DNA of 64,000 bases, taken from Escherichia coli (GTDB lineage: Bacteria > Pseudomonadota > Gammaproteobacteria > Enterobacterales > Enterobacteriaceae). The DNA is taken from the NCBI RefSeq assembly GCF_003991155.1, contig NZ_CP031293.1; one strand, given 5' to 3'. Positions 59,072-64,000 of the stretch are shown here, in pieces. The first letter of the stretch is position 1; each line of letters begins with the position of its first letter. The notes beneath the pieces were generated by a model. That model did not search any database. It was not told where the DNA came from and was given only the letters and a program-made list of their open reading frames with translations. The translations under genes and the position numbers were made by a program.

Positions 59072-59695
59072 TCACGCCGGTTTCAGGTCCGGTTCAATCA
59101 GACTGTAGACCTGCTGGTTAAGTGCTGGCGCATTTGCCAGTTCATGGATATGTGCGGCGACATCGGCACGGTGAACAAAACCATGACACTCCTGATTTTG
59201 TATCCGTTGTGCTTTGCCCGTTGCCGCACCATCAAGCAGACCGCCAGGGCGGAGAATGGCATAATCAAGCTGGCTGGTTTGCAACCAGCTTTCCGCCAGC
59301 GTTTTTTCCCGTACCGCCTGACCAAACGCAGCCTTTGCCCGCTCTGATAAAAACGGCCAGCTATCGCCGCATCCCAAAGAGGTCACCAGAATCATGCGAC
59401 TGATGCCAGCCTTCTCGGCCTCGTCAATCACTGTTCTGTGCGCCAGATAATCCTGAGCTCCGCCCATTGTTGAGATGATAAGCGCATCCGGGCCAGCTGC
59501 GCGGCAAGCAGCCGCGACTACGCTGGCATCACAGGCGTCGCCTGTAAAAACCTTTACGCCTTGTTGCGCCAGTTTCGTGGCGGCATCAGCATGACGAATG
59601 ACAGCAACGACCGGACGTTGTTCCGCCAGCGCCAGTTCAAGCGTTCTGGCACCCACACCTTTTCCGCCTGCGCCAAAGAGTAGCCACGGCGTCAT
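59072..59695 (-). CDS. chuY: ChuY, NAD(P)-binding reductase of the haem-utilisation cluster
   Basis: 207-aa ORF with Rossmann-type N-terminus; conserved position between chuX and chuU. Confidence 0.8.
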   Translation of the reverse strand: MTPWLLFGAGGKGVGARTLELALAEQRPVVAVIRHADAATKLAQQGVKVFTGDACDASVVAAACRAAGPDALIISTMGGAQDYLAHRTVIDEAEKAGISRMILVTSLGCGDSWPFLSERAKAAFGQAVREKTLAESWLQTSQLDYAILRPGGLLDGAATGKAQRIQNQECHGFVHRADVAAHIHELANAPALNQQVYSLIEPDLKPA

Positions 59696-60189
59696 CAGGC
59701 GTGTTCCTTTAACGATGCTGCCAGAGCATGGAAGGCGCTGACCTGTTCGCTCAGGAGCTGACGATGGTCATCCCTGCCGAGGAAGATTTTCAGCATTGCG
59801 CTGCCTTCTTTGTTGAAAAAGAGAATGGATGCGGTGTCCATGCCCATAAATTTACGTTCGATCAAGGCAATATGTGTGCAGTTTTCTGCTTTGATATGCC
59901 CGGACATGCCGTGCTTTCCGCGTAGGTTGAAATAGCCGTGGCGGTGGAAACCCGAAGGCAGTTCGCCGCTAAATTCGAGGATGACATCGGCAGTATGTAC
60001 TAACGTGGTGACGTTGCCCCATTCGCAGACGGTATCCCAGACAGTATCGAATTTATCACCTGACACAACAGTCGGAGAGGGCAGATTTTTCACTACCTCC
60101 AGCAGCGTGGTGTTGTATTGTTCGGCGATCGCCTCCAGCGTACCGTCCGGCTCCGTTTTCAAAAATTCCTGTAACGAGACATGGCTCAT
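59695..60189 (-). CDS. chuX: ChuX, haem-utilisation carrier protein
   Basis: 164-aa ORF in the conserved position. Confidence 0.8.
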   Translation of the reverse strand: MSHVSLQEFLKTEPDGTLEAIAEQYNTTLLEVVKNLPSPTVVSGDKFDTVWDTVCEWGNVTTLVHTADVILEFSGELPSGFHRHGYFNLRGKHGMSGHIKAENCTHIALIERKFMGMDTASILFFNKEGSAMLKIFLGRDDHRQLLSEQVSAFHALAASLKEHA

Positions 60190-60201
60190 AAATCACTCCT
60201 G

Positions 60202-61539
60202 TTATGGTTTTTCAAGCGCAATTGCTGGCGCATTAAGTACCTGAATCAGTTCATTAAGAGACTGCAAAATGTTGCTTGCCCAGAAACGACCTTCATTGGT
60301 CAACCGCAGACACGTTGACGCATCGCGGCTTAAGCCTTTTTGGTGCCACTGGGCCAGTAACGGCGCGAGTTTTTCGGCATGTGGCGTAAGTTCGTCCAGC
60401 GGTACACGCGCCGTTTCAATGCCCGACTGCAAGGTATGACGCCACTGCGCGTTACGTTCGGCGTTACGCATGATCATCATCAGCGGTTTTTTGCCTGCCG
60501 CGACGGATTCATGCCAGGTCTGAAGATTGCGTTCGTTCATCCAGGAGTAACCATTAATCGAACCACCGGCTCCAGAACCAAAGGCCAGACAATCGGCACC
60601 TTGTTTAATCAGCAGGTTATAGAGATTGCGTTCGCGTGTGGTACGGCCCCAGTGGCTGTTACTGATGCAGCGCCAACCGGCATCGTCCATAAAATCACAC
60701 CCTTGCAGGTAAAGATCGCGACGTTCTGCCGGAGAGGGCACGGTAGTGCGCCCATTTTCCACGGCTTTGCCCAGCGGTGTATTGGGCAGGACATTGAGCG
60801 CATAGAGATCGACGCCGTCGAGACCGATATCGCGGGCAATAGCCAGATCTTCTCCCCAGGTTTGCGCATCCTGACCCGGCAGACCAAACAGCAGGTCACA
60901 GACCACCGCGGCACGGTCGCGTTTGACCAGGCTTTCCATAAACGCAATAGCGGTTGGGCCATCCGAGGTGCGGGCCATTTTCTTGCGGATTTTGCTGTTA
61001 AACGACTGAATACCAATTGAGAAGCGGTTTGCTCCTGCATCAAGGCAAGCATCGATTCGCTCAGCGTCAAAATTCAGTACCCGGCCTTCGATAGTGATTT
61101 CACAATCAGGGGCCAGTGGCAGCTTTTCTCGTAATGTGGTGATGATTCTGGCCAAATCGTGTGCCGAAAGCGCGGAAGGCGTACCGCCACCGAAATAGAC
61201 CGCGTGGATGGGGGCAGACTGATGCAATACGCTGTCTGCTTCCCGTTCTATTTCACGAATCAGGGCGTCGGTATAATGAGCACACGCATCTTCATTAAAA
61301 CGGTTCTGATAAAAACCACAAAACGTGCAGTGTGTTGCACAAAAAGGAATGTGTAGATAAACCAGTCGCTTACGTGGTGATACCGTTTGATTGAGCATCT
61401 CTTGCCAGGTCTGTGCCAGTTGCTCTTTGGCAACTGGAATGGCCCCACGAAACGGCATCATGGCGCGCCTGTCTTTAAAGGGCTGATCACCGTCTAAAGC
61501 AAAATGTGGCGTGAGATCCAGGGTGTTATTTGTGTTCAT
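60202..61539 (-). CDS. chuW: ChuW, radical-SAM haem-degrading enzyme (HemN-like)
   Basis: 445-aa ORF with radical-SAM motif CATHCTFC. Confidence 0.9.
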   Translation of the reverse strand: MNTNNTLDLTPHFALDGDQPFKDRRAMMPFRGAIPVAKEQLAQTWQEMLNQTVSPRKRLVYLHIPFCATHCTFCGFYQNRFNEDACAHYTDALIREIEREADSVLHQSAPIHAVYFGGGTPSALSAHDLARIITTLREKLPLAPDCEITIEGRVLNFDAERIDACLDAGANRFSIGIQSFNSKIRKKMARTSDGPTAIAFMESLVKRDRAAVVCDLLFGLPGQDAQTWGEDLAIARDIGLDGVDLYALNVLPNTPLGKAVENGRTTVPSPAERRDLYLQGCDFMDDAGWRCISNSHWGRTTRERNLYNLLIKQGADCLAFGSGAGGSINGYSWMNERNLQTWHESVAAGKKPLMMIMRNAERNAQWRHTLQSGIETARVPLDELTPHAEKLAPLLAQWHQKGLSRDASTCLRLTNEGRFWASNILQSLNELIQVLNAPAIALEKP

Positions 61540-61558
61540 TCGTCTGATTTAAATCCAT

Positions 61559-62392
61559 TTATTGCGGCCAAAGCTGCTGGTGTAAAGACTCAACGACATC
61601 AGCAATACGCGGACCCATTCCCAGAATCAGGTTTTGATCAACGGTGATAATGCGCTGGTTCTTCCAGGCGGCGGTGTGGGTAATTCCGGCAATAGAACGT
61701 AGCCGATTAATATCGCCATCGACCATTTGTGAGGTGACGACAATCACTTCAGGGTTAGCCGCAATCAGCGATTCCGCGCTGTAGCTTTTGTACTGCTGGT
61801 GGGTAGCGACGTTTTCTGCTCCGGCAAGCGAAAGAATGGCGTCCGCGACGCTGCCTTTACCGGCAACCTGTGGCGCACTTCCGCCTGCGGAGAGAATAAA
61901 CATGGCTTTAACCGGGGCTTTTTTGGCCGCCACGTTTTGCTGTACTCGCTCCAGGCGTTGGTTGATCTGTGTCACCAGCGCCTCGCCTTGTTCAGGAACC
62001 TGTAGCGTTTTTGCCAGTTGGCGAATGTTGGCGTACATCTGCTCAAGGGTGGCAGGCACACGCGGCAGGGTGACGACGTTGACTTTCTGCGCTCGTAGTT
62101 GGTCGAGCACAATTTGTGGCCCGGCATCCTGCCAGGTAATTACGCTATCCGGGCGAAGTGACAAAATGCCTTCGCTGCTGAGTTGTTTCCAGTAACCAAT
62201 ATGCGGCAGTCTGGCGGTTTCTGGTGGATAAGATGTCGTTTCATCGACACCAACCACGCGTTTGCCAGCGCCCATCGCGTAGATTAGCTCCGTCAGCGAT
62301 CCTCCTGCGACCACGATACGTTCGGCAGCCGTTACGCTAAAAGTCCAGCTAAGAGCCAGTAATGCCGTAAACAATTTTTTTCGTTTTACCAT
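61559..62392 (-). CDS. chuT: Periplasmic haemin-binding protein ChuT (ShuT)
   Basis: Start placed at MVKRKKLFTALLALSWTFSVTAA (Sec-type signal peptide); an upstream ATG at 62473 is an alternative; the ORF-track start at 62551 lies upstream of the Fur box and is unlikely. Confidence 0.75.
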   Translation of the reverse strand: MVKRKKLFTALLALSWTFSVTAAERIVVAGGSLTELIYAMGAGKRVVGVDETTSYPPETARLPHIGYWKQLSSEGILSLRPDSVITWQDAGPQIVLDQLRAQKVNVVTLPRVPATLEQMYANIRQLAKTLQVPEQGEALVTQINQRLERVQQNVAAKKAPVKAMFILSAGGSAPQVAGKGSVADAILSLAGAENVATHQQYKSYSAESLIAANPEVIVVTSQMVDGDINRLRSIAGITHTAAWKNQRIITVDQNLILGMGPRIADVVESLHQQLWPQ

Positions 62393-62497
62393 GGTCTTCG
62401 CGGCAGAGACCACGGCTGAAATACATAACGTTAGTGGGGAAAAAAGAAACGGCCTGGTGATGATCCTTGGCATAATGTGAGAACTCTTATCAAATTG

Positions 62498-62519
62498 AGA
62501 ATGATCATGATTATCATTT
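62498..62519. promoter_or_regulatory. Fur box in the chuT promoter region
   Basis: GAGAATGATCATGATTATCATT resembles the Fur consensus GATAATGATAATCATTATC. Confidence 0.6.
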
Positions 62520-62847
62520 GAGTTATATATGAAATACAACCGTCGATTCAATACGCACGGCGTTACAAGCGTATTTATTTTTGATTTTTATCAAGATGCT
62601 TCGTCAGCTAATGTTCTTGTTACCGATTAAATTTCAGCGCGGGAAAAAGCTGAGAACCCGGAGATATCGCGGCTTGCAGAGCAAAGAGAAGAGAAAATTA
62701 TCACTGTTAACGACAACGTTTTGTGATGAGGTTGTGGGGGGATAGTCATAAACACAGGATGGTTTTCTGGATGCTGGATAGATTTCATAACCCCCTGTTT
62801 ATTGTGTTAATGGCGGTTAAAAAAAGCTTGATCATAAAAAATTGATC

Positions 62848-62866
62848 GATAATAATTCTCATTATC
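62848..62866. promoter_or_regulatory. Fur box in the chuA promoter region
   Basis: GATAATAATTCTCATTATC matches the Fur consensus closely. Confidence 0.65.
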
Positions 62867-63124
62867 ACGTTTGAGTTTAACAAAATATGACATCATGGAT
62901 AACAAAATCATATCTTTTGTAAGGGAAAACGCACAGCACTCTTCACTTCAGACGTGGCGTACTACTTTGCCTGACAAAGAGGGCGTGCTTTTGCTGAATT
63001 ATCAGAAATATTCGGCAATTTTACGGGATATATACGCTAATAGCTTCCCGTGGTGATATCTAATCATTTGAATTGTAAATAAATTTATTTTTCGCCAGCC
63101 ACCCCGGTATTAACCCAGGCAGCC

Positions 63125-63156
63125 AGCATTTTTTATTTTCCTCATGGAGAATCGCT
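63125..63156 (+). promoter_or_regulatory. Candidate FourU-type RNA thermometer around the chuA Shine-Dalgarno
   Basis: U-runs (TTTTTTATTTTCC) directly 5' of CATGGAGA (the SD) could pair with it. A FourU thermometer in the shuA/chuA leader is established knowledge; the fold was not computed. Confidence 0.35.
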
Positions 63157-64000
63157 ATGTCACGTCCGCAATTTACCTCGTTGCGTTTGAGTTTGTTGGC
63201 TTTGGCTGTTTCTGCCACCTTGCCAACATTTGCTTTTGCTACTGAAACCATGACCGTTACGGCAACCGGGAATGCACGTAGTTCCTTCGAAGCGCCTATG
63301 ATGGTCAGCGTTATCGACACTTCCGCTCCTGAAAATCAAACGGCTACTTCAGCCACCGATCTGCTGCGTCATGTTCCTGGAATTACTCTTGATGGTACCG
63401 GACGAACCAACGGTCAGGATGTAAATATGCGTGGCTATGATCATCGCGGCGTGCTGGTTCTTGTCGATGGTGTTCGCCAGGGAACGGATACCGGACACCT
63501 GAATGGCACTTTTCTCGATCCGGCGCTGATCAAGCGTGTTGAGATTGTTCGCGGACCTTCAGCATTACTGTATGGCAGTGGCGCGCTGGGTGGAGTGATC
63601 TCCTACGATACGGTCGATGCAAAAGATTTATTGCAGGAAGGACAACGCAGTGGTTTTCGTGTCTTTGGTACTGGCGGCACGGGGGACCATAGCCTGGGAT
63701 TAGGCGCGAGCGCGTTTGGGCGAACTGAAAATCTGGATGGTATTGTGGCCTGGTCCAGTCGCGATCGGGGTGATTTACGCCAGAGCAATGGTGAAACCGC
63801 GCCGAATGACGAGTCCATTAATAACATGCTGGCGAAAGGGACCTGGCAAATTGATTCAGCCCAGTCTCTGAGCGGTTTAGTGCGTTACTACAACAACGAC
63901 GCGCGTGAACCAAAAAATCCGCAGACTGTTGAGGCTTCTGATAGCAGCAACCCGATGGTTGATCGTTCAACAATTCAACGCGATGCGCAGCTTTCTTATA
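63157..64000 (+). CDS. chuA: TonB-dependent outer-membrane haem receptor ChuA (ShuA), 5' portion; continues beyond the window
   Basis: Open frame from the ATG at 63157 (MSRPQFTSLRLSLLALAVSATLPTFAFA, TonB box ETMTVTA) to the window edge without a stop; SD GGAG 7 nt upstream. Confidence 0.9.
   Translation, partial: MSRPQFTSLRLSLLALAVSATLPTFAFATETMTVTATGNARSSFEAPMMVSVIDTSAPENQTATSATDLLRHVPGITLDGTGRTNGQDVNMRGYDHRGVLVLVDGVRQGTDTGHLNGTFLDPALIKRVEIVRGPSALLYGSGALGGVISYDTVDAKDLLQEGQRSGFRVFGTGGTGDHSLGLGASAFGRTENLDGIVAWSSRDRGDLRQSNGETAPNDESINNMLAKGTWQIDSAQSLSGLVRYYNNDAREPKNPQTVEASDSSNPMVDRSTIQRDAQLSY

Overview
This window is an Escherichia coli/Shigella-type chromosomal segment, colinear in inverted orientation with the E. 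coli K-12 region yhjX-eptB-proK-dppABCDF-yhjV-ldr/rdl-bcsGFE/bcsRQABZC-pdeK-dctA-yhjJ-kdgK-pdeH-yhjG-yhjE-yhjD-yhjC-yhjB-treF-yhjA. It continues into the acid fitness island (gadA, gadX, gadY, gadW, mdtFE, gadE, hdeD, hdeAB, yhiD) and then the chu/shu haem-uptake cluster (chuVUYXWT and the 5' part of chuA), which K-12 lacks. I do not see a novel multi-gene system: there is no unassigned operon, CRISPR array, prophage or integrase, and essentially every ORF over about 300 bp is a recognisable gene. The departures from K-12 that the sequence shows directly are an IS1 copy with target-site duplication splitting gadX, two tandem ldr/rdl type I toxin-antitoxin units where K-12 has one, an intact bcsQ, and a third CGTCCG unit in bcsA. 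All gene identities come from recall of E. coli proteins plus gene order; no database search was run, so names and start codons are best estimates, and regulatory sites are motif matches read by eye.
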